Shown here: piece after piece, positions 1 to 10,172 of the stretch
Position numbering within the stretch: position 1 is the first letter of the stretch
Layout: every line of letters begins with the position of its first letter
From: Planctomycetota bacterium
GTDB taxonomy: Bacteria > Planctomycetota > GCA-002687715 > DRQF01
Direction of reading: 5' to 3'
DNA: 39,693 bases
Assembly: GCA_024275615.1 (NCBI GenBank)
Contig: JAJRYU010000588.1
Coordinates: 1 to 39,693, forward strand
The notes under the pieces: generated by a model
Told to the model about the DNA's origin: nothing
The model's database searches: none
What the model saw: the letters and a program-made list of their open reading frames with translations, nothing else
Position numbers and translations under genes: made by a program

Positions 1-591
1 TCCCGAGTCCCAAGCGAAAGCGATAGTCCCTCAAGACAGTGGGCACGCTACCTCGCCGACGCAGCACGGATCTACGTCCCCAAAATGAAGACGCGCCTGA
101 TTTTCCGTTTGGATCGTTTTCTTCGCGGCGGAGATCACAAGCCATTCACCCGACTGGGATATGCCGCCCTGCGCATGACGGAACCAAAGGAAAACTATAC
201 GCGCCAACATCAGGATCCTCGTGTAGAAGGCGGTATACGCTACGGCGACTTCCCTGAAAACGTCGACTTCAACTACGTCGCACGAGTCGCGCAGATCAAT
301 GCCGCAGCTATTCTGTCCCTGGCCCGCGCCCCACGTCCGCCATCTGCAGCTTACATTTCAAGCCGACTCACGAATACGACCCATCTGAGCTGGAAGCCAG
401 TTCCCGGAGTGACGGATTACCGCGTACTCATGCGGCGAACTCACGAAGCGACCTGGACTATGCACAAAGACTTCCAAGGGGTCTCAGCATGTGATCTTCC
501 CGAGTCAAAGGATGACTGGCTTTTTGCCGTACAAGCGCTGGATGGCAAGGGCCATCAAAGCCTGCCGACTTTTGCGATTCCTGGGCGATAG
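1..591 (+). CDS. M28-family metallopeptidase, C-terminal part (5' end outside window) with FN3-like tail
   Basis: Frame 1 is open from base 1 to TAG 589-591; track ORF 85..591 is only the Met-initiated part. GGDHKPFTRLGYAAL resembles the D-H-x-P-F metal-ligand region of M28 aminopeptidases. LSWKPVPGVTDYRV...WLFAVQALDGKG looks like a fibronectin-III-type domain. Confidence 0.6.
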   Translation, partial: SRVPSESDSPSRQWARYLADAARIYVPKMKTRLIFRLDRFLRGGDHKPFTRLGYAALRMTEPKENYTRQHQDPRVEGGIRYGDFPENVDFNYVARVAQINAAAILSLARAPRPPSAAYISSRLTNTTHLSWKPVPGVTDYRVLMRRTHEATWTMHKDFQGVSACDLPESKDDWLFAVQALDGKGHQSLPTFAIPGR

Positions 592-622
592 ACAAACTTC
601 TGACGACAACACATCACCGCTG

Positions 623-2014
623 ATGCCACCGACAATCCCCAACAGATTTATTGACCACATCGCTCATCTCATTGGCGACGAATCAGCCCAGTCCGCCTTC
701 CGAGAGGCCGCTTCAAGTCCACTACCAAGAACTCTGCGCGCCAATTTCAAAAAACAAACGCAACAAGAGTGGCAAAAAATGGCGCAAGAAATCGGTCTTC
801 TGATTCAACCATCCGCCTTTGCTCAGGGGGGCTATACGCTCCTCCCCAGCCGAGATCCAGGTCGCCTCTTGGAACACCGGATGGGCTATTTCTATCTTCA
901 AGAGATGGCATCAATGATTCCCGTTGAAGTTCTGCGCCGACTCGCCCCTGAAGCCAAAACAGTCCTTGATTTGTGCGCCGCTCCGGGCTCAAAAACAACA
1001 CAATTGGCATCCAGCTTGAGCGACGCAGCGCTCATCGTCGCAAATGAACCTTCAAGAGGCCGCATCAAGATACTTGTGGCGAATCTTCTACGTATGGGCC
1101 TCGGCAACGTCATCTGCACCAATCTTGACGGTCGCAACATCGGCCCTGTTGTCACCAGACATTTTGATGCCGTCCTCGTGGATGCCCCTTGCTCGGGAGA
1201 AGGCACCATACGCAAGGACAAACAAGCACTGCGGGGCTGGCATCGGAAACGATTCAAGAAGATCACTCGCACACAGACCGAACTCCTGCAATCAGGGTTT
1301 CAAGCAACGGCACCGGGTGGTGTTTTGGTTTATTCAACCTGCGCCTTGTCACCAGAAGAGAATCAAGGCGTCATTGCATCGCTCATGGCAAAAAACAGCG
1401 CACAAATCGCTCCCCTAGATCTTGGTGAGGTAATGCCAGAACTTGCGCGCAGCGTCACGTCCGAGGGCTTCCTTTGGGTGGCTCCCCACCACTACGATAC
1501 TGGTGGGTTCTTCGTGGCCGCACTCCGGCGAAAAGGCTCCCCAGGCGCGGCCCTCGCGACAGTGAATGAGCCAAATACACGGATCGAAGATGATCCGGTA
1601 AGTTCTTTTCTCAGAGATGAGTACGGCTTCGAGACAAGAGATCTTGATGGCCGATTCTTGCAGCATAACGGCATGTGGCTTTTCCAGCCACGGGGCGCTG
1701 CTGAAATTGAATGTATGCTGCCACTAAATCGCCGCGGCGTCAAAGCGGCGACTCAACAAGATGGCGCCTTGGCCATTAACCAAGAATTCGCCTTGGTCTA
1801 TGGCCAGGCATTCACTCGAAACTGTGTTGAGGTTGACCGCGACCAGGCCAGGCATTTTCTCTATGGTAGTGAACCTGACACCAATGAAGAACTCAAAACC
1901 GGATGCAGGATTCTCTTGCGTTACCGTGGTCAGCCCTTGGGTTTTTGCCGTTGGGAATCCGGTCGACTCCGCAACTTATTGGGTCCTAGTTTTGTTCAGC
2001 AATCAGTCGAGTGA
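623..2014 (+). CDS. rsmF: 16S rRNA (cytosine-C5)-methyltransferase, RsmF/RsmB (NOL1/NOP2/Sun) family
   Basis: Motifs present: FYLQEMASMIP, SAM-binding LDLCAAPGSKTTQLA, catalytic-Cys motifs DAPCSGEGTIRKD and YSTCALSPEENQ, and a long C-terminal extension as in RsmF. I chose ATG 623 (MPPTIPNRFIDHIAHLIGDE...) because track start 491 overlaps the upstream CDS by 100 nt. Confidence 0.8.
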   Translation: MPPTIPNRFIDHIAHLIGDESAQSAFREAASSPLPRTLRANFKKQTQQEWQKMAQEIGLLIQPSAFAQGGYTLLPSRDPGRLLEHRMGYFYLQEMASMIPVEVLRRLAPEAKTVLDLCAAPGSKTTQLASSLSDAALIVANEPSRGRIKILVANLLRMGLGNVICTNLDGRNIGPVVTRHFDAVLVDAPCSGEGTIRKDKQALRGWHRKRFKKITRTQTELLQSGFQATAPGGVLVYSTCALSPEENQGVIASLMAKNSAQIAPLDLGEVMPELARSVTSEGFLWVAPHHYDTGGFFVAALRRKGSPGAALATVNEPNTRIEDDPVSSFLRDEYGFETRDLDGRFLQHNGMWLFQPRGAAEIECMLPLNRRGVKAATQQDGALAINQEFALVYGQAFTRNCVEVDRDQARHFLYGSEPDTNEELKTGCRILLRYRGQPLGFCRWESGRLRNLLGPSFVQQSVE

Positions 2015-2028
2015 TGACGGCCCTACGC

Positions 2029-3576
2029 CTATTCCCATTCGATCGTCGCTGGCGGCTTGCTTGATATGTCATAGACCACGCGATTGATACCTCGCACTTC
2101 ATTGATAATGCGATTCGAAATTTTCGCCATGATCTCATAGGGCATGGGATACCAGTCGGCGGTCATGCCATCAGTTGAATTGACACAGCGGACCGCGCAG
2201 ACCTTTTCGTATGTTCTCTCATCGCCCATCACCCCCACAGAGTGGATTGGCAAGAGGACACAAAAAGCCTGCCAAATGTCATCGTAAATGCCGTTTCTGT
2301 GCATTTCATCTTGAAGGATGACGTCAGCGTCTTGAAGTAAGGCGACAGACTCGGGAGTCACGTCACCCAACACCCGAACCGCCAGGCCTGGTCCAGGGAA
2401 AGGGTGCCGACCAATCAGAACCTCGGGAATACCCAGCTCGCGACCAACGGCACGCACTTCGTCTTTGAACAGGTCGCGAAGTGGTTCAATCAATTCGAAA
2501 CCCAGTTTCTCTGGCAAACCGCCAACATTATGGTGGCTCTTGATCGTCTGGCTGGGTCCACCTTTCACCGACACCGATTCAACAACATCGGGGTAGAGCG
2601 TTCCTTGGACAAGGAAACCGACGTCATTGAATTCCTTGGCTTTCTCCTCAAAGACCTCGATAAAAAGGTGGCCAATAATACGCCGCTTCTTTTCTGGATC
2701 TTCGACACCTGAAAGTTGTGAAAGGAATCTATCCGTGGCATCCACGCGATGAAAATCCATGTGGAAGTGCTCTTTGAAGGCCGCCTCCACTTCATCGCCT
2801 TCGTTCTTTCGCATCACCCCATTGTCGACAAAAATGCAAGAGAGCTGGTCGCCAATTGCCCGATGCACAAGGACCGCTGCAACGCTTGAATCTACACCGC
2901 CAGAAAGTCCACAAATGACATGGCGACTCCCTACCTGCGCCTTGATTTTGTCCGTTTGCTCGTCGATGAACGCCGACATACGCCAATCGCCCTTGCATCC
3001 GGCAATATCAAAGAGAAAGTTGGCGATGATCTTCTTGCCATGATCGCTGTGATGGACTTCTGGGTGAAACTGAATGGCATAGATGGGCAGCTCTTTGTGA
3101 CGTACACCTGCCCAGGGGCAGGTGTCTGTTTTTGCCAGGACCGTGAATGCAAGATCCAATTCTTGGACCTGATCCCCATGGCTCATCCAGACGTCTTGGG
3201 TACTTGGTGTCCCCTTGAAGAGGCATGCGTCACTTACCACTTCAACTTGGCGCCGCCCAAACTCTCTTTCCTTGCTGGCTTCCACTCGGCCACCGAAATG
3301 TTGGCTCAGAAGCTGCATGCCGTAGCAGATACCAAGGATGGGAACACCCGCCGTCATCAGACCATCAGGAAGTCTTGGCGCGTCGTCGCCATAGACCGAA
3401 GAAGGGCCGCCAGAGAGAACTATGGCCTTGACACCTGGGGCGTGAAGATCTTCCTTAGCCACTTCAGGAGTAGTAATGGTGCAGAAGACTTGGTGCTCAC
3501 GAACGCGACGCGCGATGAGCTGAGTGTATTGCGATCCATAGTCAACGATGATGACTTTCTCGTGCACTGTCTGCAT
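2029..3576 (-). CDS. guaA: GMP synthase (glutamine-hydrolysing)
   Basis: 515 aa. N-terminal GATase (IIVDYGSQYTQLIARRVRE, GICYGMQLL, HPEV). ATP-PPase P-loop GLSGGVDSSV. Canonical C-terminus PPATIEWE. Confidence 0.97.
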   Translation of the reverse strand: MQTVHEKVIIVDYGSQYTQLIARRVREHQVFCTITTPEVAKEDLHAPGVKAIVLSGGPSSVYGDDAPRLPDGLMTAGVPILGICYGMQLLSQHFGGRVEASKEREFGRRQVEVVSDACLFKGTPSTQDVWMSHGDQVQELDLAFTVLAKTDTCPWAGVRHKELPIYAIQFHPEVHHSDHGKKIIANFLFDIAGCKGDWRMSAFIDEQTDKIKAQVGSRHVICGLSGGVDSSVAAVLVHRAIGDQLSCIFVDNGVMRKNEGDEVEAAFKEHFHMDFHRVDATDRFLSQLSGVEDPEKKRRIIGHLFIEVFEEKAKEFNDVGFLVQGTLYPDVVESVSVKGGPSQTIKSHHNVGGLPEKLGFELIEPLRDLFKDEVRAVGRELGIPEVLIGRHPFPGPGLAVRVLGDVTPESVALLQDADVILQDEMHRNGIYDDIWQAFCVLLPIHSVGVMGDERTYEKVCAVRCVNSTDGMTADWYPMPYEIMAKISNRIINEVRGINRVVYDISSKPPATIEWE

Positions 3577-3584
3577 GATGTGGG

Positions 3585-5081
<1,497 letters not shown>

Positions 5082-5285
5082 TTAACTTGCCCAGACTCTA
5101 ACGAAACTGAGGGACGCCTCAAATGCCAGATTCAATTCTCGGCAAGATCCCAGACAGATTGGCACGCAAAACCGCCAAGCGCGCCTCCCTTCCATGAGGC
5201 AGAAAACCGAGAAAATCGCCTCTGAAGCACAGATTTGCCCGCCATGAGGCAATAGTTTCGAGTTTTGAATCAGAATGGGGTCGAA

Positions 5286-7154
5286 CTATCGGGTCCAATC
5301 CCGGGTATAGCAGAGCCACTCCAAGAGTAGAAAAACGAGGGCGACAAGATAGAACAAAGCGGAACGATCCGTGTAGCCGGAACGCTCCAGCCGCGGCCGA
5401 ACGGGGACATCATGGGGAAGATCCCCCAGAGGAAACACGTTCGAAAAAGTGGAATCGCAAACCTGAAGGCCGCACATCTCTGTCTTCGAACCCAGATAAA
5501 ATCGAGCGCGGCCCCAAAAATCCGGAAGCCGATTGGCCCCATCCCAAGACTCGATCGCCATGGACAACAGATTGCCTTGAGGATCCTGCCGATCCAAGAA
5601 TTCAACAACGATGGGCTCGTCCCCGGCAACCAGGGCCGGTCTTGAGAAACGAGCGCCGACAAGGAGAGCTGGGGGTAGAATTCGCACTTGCTTTGGCATC
5701 AAATAGCGAGCGGCATCTTTGATCAACAAGGGGAAGGCTGGCAGCAGGACCAATGAACTGTTCTCGGGACTCAAGGAAAACGAAAGGTGCAAGAATTCGA
5801 CGCCTCCTTTTTGGCCCCGAGAAATGAGGGGACCATGGGTACCTTCCAGCAGGACATCCACACCCCTAGTAGAACTCAATCGCGATGCGGTCTTGACTTG
5901 GAGATCTCGCAGATCGATACCCCGTAGGAGCGATCCGCGGCTGGACTGACGAACGACTTGGATTTCCCTGACCTTGATACCTTCCTTGAATGGCAAATTG
6001 GGCGCCCAAGAATCAAAAAGAAGATATCGACCCGGCGGTAGGGGACGGCGCTCGCGCAAACCCACGAGGATCGTCAGATCATAGCCGGTAGCGCCCCGCC
6101 ATTCCGACGGATTCGCTTGAGAAGCAGCACTCAAGTCAAACACCGAATCAAGCGCCGACAACGCACTCTTCAAGAAACGATCTATTTTCTCAGCGACCAC
6201 CAAGACCTTAAGCCTCTTAGGTGGCGTCAACCAAAAGTCGATGACATCGTCTGGAGCGAAGCAGTCACGTTCGGTCTGCAACTTGAGAGAAAGCCACTTT
6301 CTTGCCGACGAGCCCATCTCGAACGACAATGATGTACGCGTTCCTGGTGCCAATAGGACACTCTTCTCGGCAAGTACCTCTGCACCACTCGCAAGTAGCA
6401 CCTTGCCCTTGAGGCGCTCCGCACCAAATGCAGAGAGATCCACATCAATGGTCCTTCCCGACGCACTGTTATTGATCTCGAACGAAGTAAAACCAATGTT
6501 GCTTCCTGGTGCCGGGATTTGCAGAAAGCCGAAACCCATTTGGCTCATACGCTCTTGCTGTTCTGTTGGCAGACAACGATCACTGACAAAGACTAGATCA
6601 ACGTCTGGCGTAACAGCCTTCACTTCACGGGCGTAGTCGACGACCTCCTCAGAATCGAGTAGCCCTCGTGGTTGCAAATCCTCCTTGAGAATATCGTCAA
6701 ACCGAACAATCTCAGAACTGAAAGGAACCGCAGAAACAATGTGATCCGCCGCAAAAACTAAGGCGCAAGACCCCATCTTGAGCCGCTCGGTCAACTCTTC
6801 TCTGAACATCTTCTTGGCGCGATCCGACCTGGAACGTCCCTCCATGTCGGTTGCGCGCATGGAAAGAGAATTGTCAAAGACAAAGAGCGTGGAGCGATCG
6901 ACTTGGGTGACGGATTGTTGCCTGGGTCCAGACAACGCCAAAATGAGAAATGTGGCAATGAGTATTTGCAGTAGGAGTCCCAACAACTCTCGAAGCCGAC
7001 GCCTTTTTTTCGGCAAGCGATTTTGAACAACTCGCTCCCAAAGAAACAAATGAGGAATGTCTATGGTCTTTGCCGGGCGGCGCATGAGATAGAGGATGAA
7101 GATTCCAGGGATACCCCACAGCCAAGTGAGGAGTTCAGGGTGGGCAAAACTCAC
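5286..7154 (-). CDS. BatA-like membrane protein: Aerotolerance-regulator N-terminal double-TM domain plus VWA-like domain
   Basis: N-terminus VSFAHPELLTWLWGIPGIFILYLMRRP and a second TM (LLGLLLQILIATFLILALSGP) match the BatA_N pattern. DNSLSM is a DxSxS MIDAS-like motif. A C-terminal TM is present. Start set at GTG 7154, which overlaps the DUF58 stop as GTGA; the track start at 7208 would overlap by 58 nt. Confidence 0.75.
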   Translation of the reverse strand: MSFAHPELLTWLWGIPGIFILYLMRRPAKTIDIPHLFLWERVVQNRLPKKRRRLRELLGLLLQILIATFLILALSGPRQQSVTQVDRSTLFVFDNSLSMRATDMEGRSRSDRAKKMFREELTERLKMGSCALVFAADHIVSAVPFSSEIVRFDDILKEDLQPRGLLDSEEVVDYAREVKAVTPDVDLVFVSDRCLPTEQQERMSQMGFGFLQIPAPGSNIGFTSFEINNSASGRTIDVDLSAFGAERLKGKVLLASGAEVLAEKSVLLAPGTRTSLSFEMGSSARKWLSLKLQTERDCFAPDDVIDFWLTPPKRLKVLVVAEKIDRFLKSALSALDSVFDLSAASQANPSEWRGATGYDLTILVGLRERRPLPPGRYLLFDSWAPNLPFKEGIKVREIQVVRQSSRGSLLRGIDLRDLQVKTASRLSSTRGVDVLLEGTHGPLISRGQKGGVEFLHLSFSLSPENSSLVLLPAFPLLIKDAARYLMPKQVRILPPALLVGARFSRPALVAGDEPIVVEFLDRQDPQGNLLSMAIESWDGANRLPDFWGRARFYLGSKTEMCGLQVCDSTFSNVFPLGDLPHDVPVRPRLERSGYTDRSALFYLVALVFLLLEWLCYTRDWTR

Positions 7155-8038
7155 ACCAGCACTCCCGCCCGCAACAGCGATTTGGTCACCACGCGCTCCA
7201 AGCTCCAAGAGGTGTCCAAACGCGCATAGGCCAGTTCATGGCTATTGCAAAAATGCTCGACGCCCTGGCACCAACTGCGGACTTCAGCTTCGTAGGCATC
7301 AATGAGCTCTTTGGACACATTTCGTTTCATTGACCGGTCCGTCTCAAGATCAACGAGCTTGGTCCGACCAGAGATGTCTGGCCGCAGCTCGTCGCGATCG
7401 AGAATATGCAGGACACCGACCCGGTAACCAACATGCCTCAAGAACTTGAGCGGGCGTTCATAGCCGCATTCTGAAAAGAAGTCAGAAAGAACAAGAGCCA
7501 CGCCACGCCCTCGTCGTCTGCCAATCACGCTCTTAAGTTCGCGCTGCAGGTCGAAATCGCCTCCGGCCGTCACACTCTCTAAATTCTCGAAGAGAGGAAC
7601 CAAGGCATTGCGACCAAAATAAGCGGTTCGATTCTGATGAGCCTTCCGCGGCAAGATAGCCAAGTCCACCCGCGCATGGCGATTTAGAGCAATGAAACTG
7701 AGGGCCGCGGCGACTCGCTGAGCAAAAAGCATCTTGTTATTGCTCCCGAAATCCATACTTCCGGAAGCATCGATGATCAACAGGAGGTTCAGATTCTCTT
7801 CGGCGTCGAATTGCTTGACTAAGAGCTCACCAAGACGGGAATAGACGTTCCAATCAAGAAACCGCAAGTCGTCACCTTGAGAATAACTCTTGTGACCGCG
7901 AAACAAAGAACCCGGCCCTCGACTCCTCGTTCTCACCTCACCTCGAAACTCGCCGGAGAGAATCTTGCGAGCGACGATGTCCAGTTTCTCCAAGCGTGCA
8001 AGAAAATCAGAATCGAGAAGATCGGGTCCGTGCTTCAT
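7151..8038 (-). CDS. DUF58 domain protein (MoxR-associated VWA-like)
   Basis: Motifs GDDLRFLDWNVYSRLGELLVKQFDAEENLNLLLIIDASGSMDFG are typical DUF58. ATGA overlap with the upstream gene at 8035-8038; GTGA overlap with the downstream gene at 7151-7154. Confidence 0.85.
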   Translation of the reverse strand: MKHGPDLLDSDFLARLEKLDIVARKILSGEFRGEVRTRSRGPGSLFRGHKSYSQGDDLRFLDWNVYSRLGELLVKQFDAEENLNLLLIIDASGSMDFGSNNKMLFAQRVAAALSFIALNRHARVDLAILPRKAHQNRTAYFGRNALVPLFENLESVTAGGDFDLQRELKSVIGRRRGRGVALVLSDFFSECGYERPLKFLRHVGYRVGVLHILDRDELRPDISGRTKLVDLETDRSMKRNVSKELIDAYEAEVRSWCQGVEHFCNSHELAYARLDTSWSLERVVTKSLLRAGVLV

Positions 8039-9459
8039 TTATTCTTCTTCGTCTTGCTTTGTTTGTTGCGAATGCCGTTCAGATATGTACGCACCTGGCG
8101 GCGCTCTTGGTTGCCGAGTTTCATCTTTTGCAACTGGGTCTCTTGGACTTTTTCGTAGCCCCTCGTCTTGAGGTTAGCTCTCATGGGTTCAGAAGGCGGT
8201 GGTGTACCTTTTTCTTTCTCACGATCAAAAACACGGACCGAACGCTTTTTTGTTTGATCATTCGAAAACAGCGGCTGCACAACAAACGGTTTTGTCTTCA
8301 ATTCACCTGGCGGCTTGGCGGCAGGATTCTTCCCCGGTGCTGGTCGCGGTTTCTTTTGTTGCTTCTTTTTTTGCTGAGGTTTTTTCTCGTTGTCCTTCTT
8401 CTTTGGTTTGTTCTTCGGCTTCGGTTTCTTCTTTTGTTGCTTCTTGACCGACGAAGGCGTCTTGGCCCGCAGCTTCTCGGCATTCTCGGCAATCTGAAGA
8501 ACGACGCGGTTGCCCGGAGCTGGACCGTCGAAACCTGGAGCCTGGGTTTTGGCGTATAGAAAAGGATCGATTGTCAGCAACCCTCGTCGATAGCGCCCGA
8601 TGGCCTTCAAGCGTTCCTTGATCTTCATACGTAGCTCGATCTTCTCCCCTGCAGCCCGCGGAAGCACAAGGTCCTTGCCAACAGGAAGAGGCATATTCGC
8701 TTCACCGTCAACAAGAGCAACGGCTCCCAGCCGTATGTCAGGTGGGATAGGCTCGAGTGTCTCGACTTCAACGATGAGTGTGATCTCGTCGCCAAGAAAA
8801 TAGAGTTTCTGATCGCTGCGCACTCGAATCTTCACTTTGCCCTCAAAGCCAAGGACGCTCGATTCTCCGGCAACTGTTCCCTTAGCTCCAAGGAGCGCTT
8901 GATCCTCACCATCTTCAGATGCGACTTGATCCTCATCTTCAGGCCCGAGTGCACCGTGTGCGAACGACGGCACGACGAGAATGAGAGCAGTCAAGATTAA
9001 GGCAACCATGTCACGCTTGAATGCAATGAGTGGAATTTCCAAGTGAGGACGTTGGGCCTTCTCCAAGGCGGGCAACTGAGCCGTGGCTCGTTCAAGCAGC
9101 GCCGGCAGGAAAAGAGACTGACGTCCCTTCAAAACATAGTCGGCCGCAGTAAGAAAAAGCTCTTTCGTCTTGCCCATTTCGTCAACTGAACGGGCCGCAA
9201 GCAGCGGATCCCGCCGATTGGCGAACAAGCGGGCACAGGAAAAGGTGCAGGCGAAAACCAAGAGAGTAGCAAGAAGCCATGTGAAGACCCGAAGCGGATC
9301 CGAGACCGCACCTAATTCCATGCGGACTAAGATTGCAAGAAACGGAGCAGACAAGACAAGAAAGTCGACCGACACCACAAAACTGGCGAGGAAACGGCGC
9401 CAAGCGCGGGGTCGTCCGACCTTCGCAAGTCCGAGAATTATTGCGGCGTTGCCATTCAT
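8035..9459 (-). CDS. hypothetical membrane protein with Lys-rich low-complexity C-terminal region
   Basis: 474 aa. Three hydrophobic helices (FLASFVVSVDFLVLSAPFLAILV, VFTWLLATLLVFACTF, MVALILTALILVVPSFA). First gene of the DUF58/BatA operon and translationally coupled to it. No family recognised. Confidence 0.6.
   Translation of the reverse strand: MNGNAAIILGLAKVGRPRAWRRFLASFVVSVDFLVLSAPFLAILVRMELGAVSDPLRVFTWLLATLLVFACTFSCARLFANRRDPLLAARSVDEMGKTKELFLTAADYVLKGRQSLFLPALLERATAQLPALEKAQRPHLEIPLIAFKRDMVALILTALILVVPSFAHGALGPEDEDQVASEDGEDQALLGAKGTVAGESSVLGFEGKVKIRVRSDQKLYFLGDEITLIVEVETLEPIPPDIRLGAVALVDGEANMPLPVGKDLVLPRAAGEKIELRMKIKERLKAIGRYRRGLLTIDPFLYAKTQAPGFDGPAPGNRVVLQIAENAEKLRAKTPSSVKKQQKKKPKPKNKPKKKDNEKKPQQKKKQQKKPRPAPGKNPAAKPPGELKTKPFVVQPLFSNDQTKKRSVRVFDREKEKGTPPPSEPMRANLKTRGYEKVQETQLQKMKLGNQERRQVRTYLNGIRNKQSKTKKNK
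8341..8445 (-). repeat. low-complexity AAG/AAA/CAA/CCN coding tract (35 aa, 18 of them Lys)
   Basis: Encodes KKQQKKKPKPKNKPKKKDNEKKPQQKKKQQKKPRP. The mirror-image plus-strand ORF 7996..8559 is an artefact of this tract. Confidence 0.9.
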
Positions 9460-9565
9460 GGTCCAATTGTGGACTGAGACGCCATTCGTCTCAAGCGCGA
9501 GTCACACGATTGAGGCAAAGATCGAAGAAATGTCAGTTTTGGGGGATGCGGGAAGAAGAGAAAAA

Positions 9566-9668
9566 GAAAAAGTCAGGGGAACTTTCCTGAGAAGAAGGAA
9601 AAGGGAATAGAAGAGGGAAATGTGAGATGTGAGGAAAGTTTTACGCCTCACGCAACCCTGACTTTTTC
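9566..9668. repeat. 13-nt inverted repeat pair (9566-9578 / 9656-9668) enclosing a polypurine tract and small hairpins
   Basis: gaaaaagtcaggg at 9566-9578 is the exact reverse complement of ccctgactttttc at 9656-9668. The 77 nt between them are about 80% purine on the plus strand. They contain the hairpins TCAGG-N8-CCTGA (9572-9589) and GTGAGG-N11-CCTCAC (9629-9651). Confidence 0.85.
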
Positions 9669-10172
9669 TATGTTCGCACGAGCAGCGCTGTCGCCACCCG
9701 TCTATTTCATTGTGTGTTACCTAATGAAGGTCACTTGGCTGTCTGGACCTCAGTGAGACGGTCGAGACTTGATACGCCGAACTTGCCGAAACTTCGTGAT
9801 CACTCAGCGATTTTTTTTCACTCTGGTTCACAAAGCCTCTTGGCCTCGCCTGGCAACATGTTGTATCGGCAAGGAAATCTATCGACTGAAGCAAACTGGC
9901 AAATTCGAGAGCATTGGCAAATGCAGGATATTCATCATAAACCAATCGCCTCGTGAATAACGTGTAAAACTTTGAGAAAACAGCCAGCAGGTGCGTGAAG
10001 AAGGCCGTGAATTGCAATTTATTCCACCTTGCATGACTTTGCACATGGACCAGAATGCAACGAGCAAAAGAGCAAGTGTCGCGACTTAACCGATGCAAAG
10101 ACAGCAACTTGCCAAGTCCTCCCCCCCACGATTAGGCTCTTGGTAGCGAGCAAACAAGATAGGTCATTCCCC

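Noticed and set aside
491-622. A 44-codon N-terminal extension of the rsmF ORF. Similar extensions occur at 5034..5063 (guaB), 10029..10172 (ABC ATPase), 13468..13506, 22008..22061, 23284..23307, 24318..24395 and 30208..30282.
   Set aside because: The extensions overlap upstream genes or add atypical residues. Internal starts give canonical N-termini, signal peptides, SD sequences or 4-nt stop/start overlaps.
5160-5166. A perfect sigma-54 -24 box TGGCACG on the plus strand upstream of guaB.
   Set aside because: No TTGC -12 element is present; the GC falls at N11 instead of N10. No plus-strand gene lies downstream. The adjacent ACGCAAA is only a half PurR-box-like match.
8300-8460. A repetitive CTT/TTT-rich DNA stretch that could be mistaken for a tandem repeat or CRISPR-like array.
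   Set aside because: There are no discrete repeat-spacer units. It is the coding strand complement of a Lys-rich low-complexity protein segment.
9721-10107. A 128-aa minus-strand ORF, and the 80-aa plus-strand ORF 9714..9956, in the long intergenic region.
   Set aside because: The minus ORF starts only at TTG with no internal ATG, has no SD and has no recognisable motif. The plus ORF has implausible composition. I treat the region as non-coding pending homology search.
10055-10135. A 26-codon ORF (MQRAKEQVSRLNRCKDSNLPSPPPHD) just upstream of the ABC-2 exporter, considered as a possible exported precursor peptide.
   Set aside because: It has no SD, no leader or core features such as a double-Gly, and it is too short to distinguish from chance.
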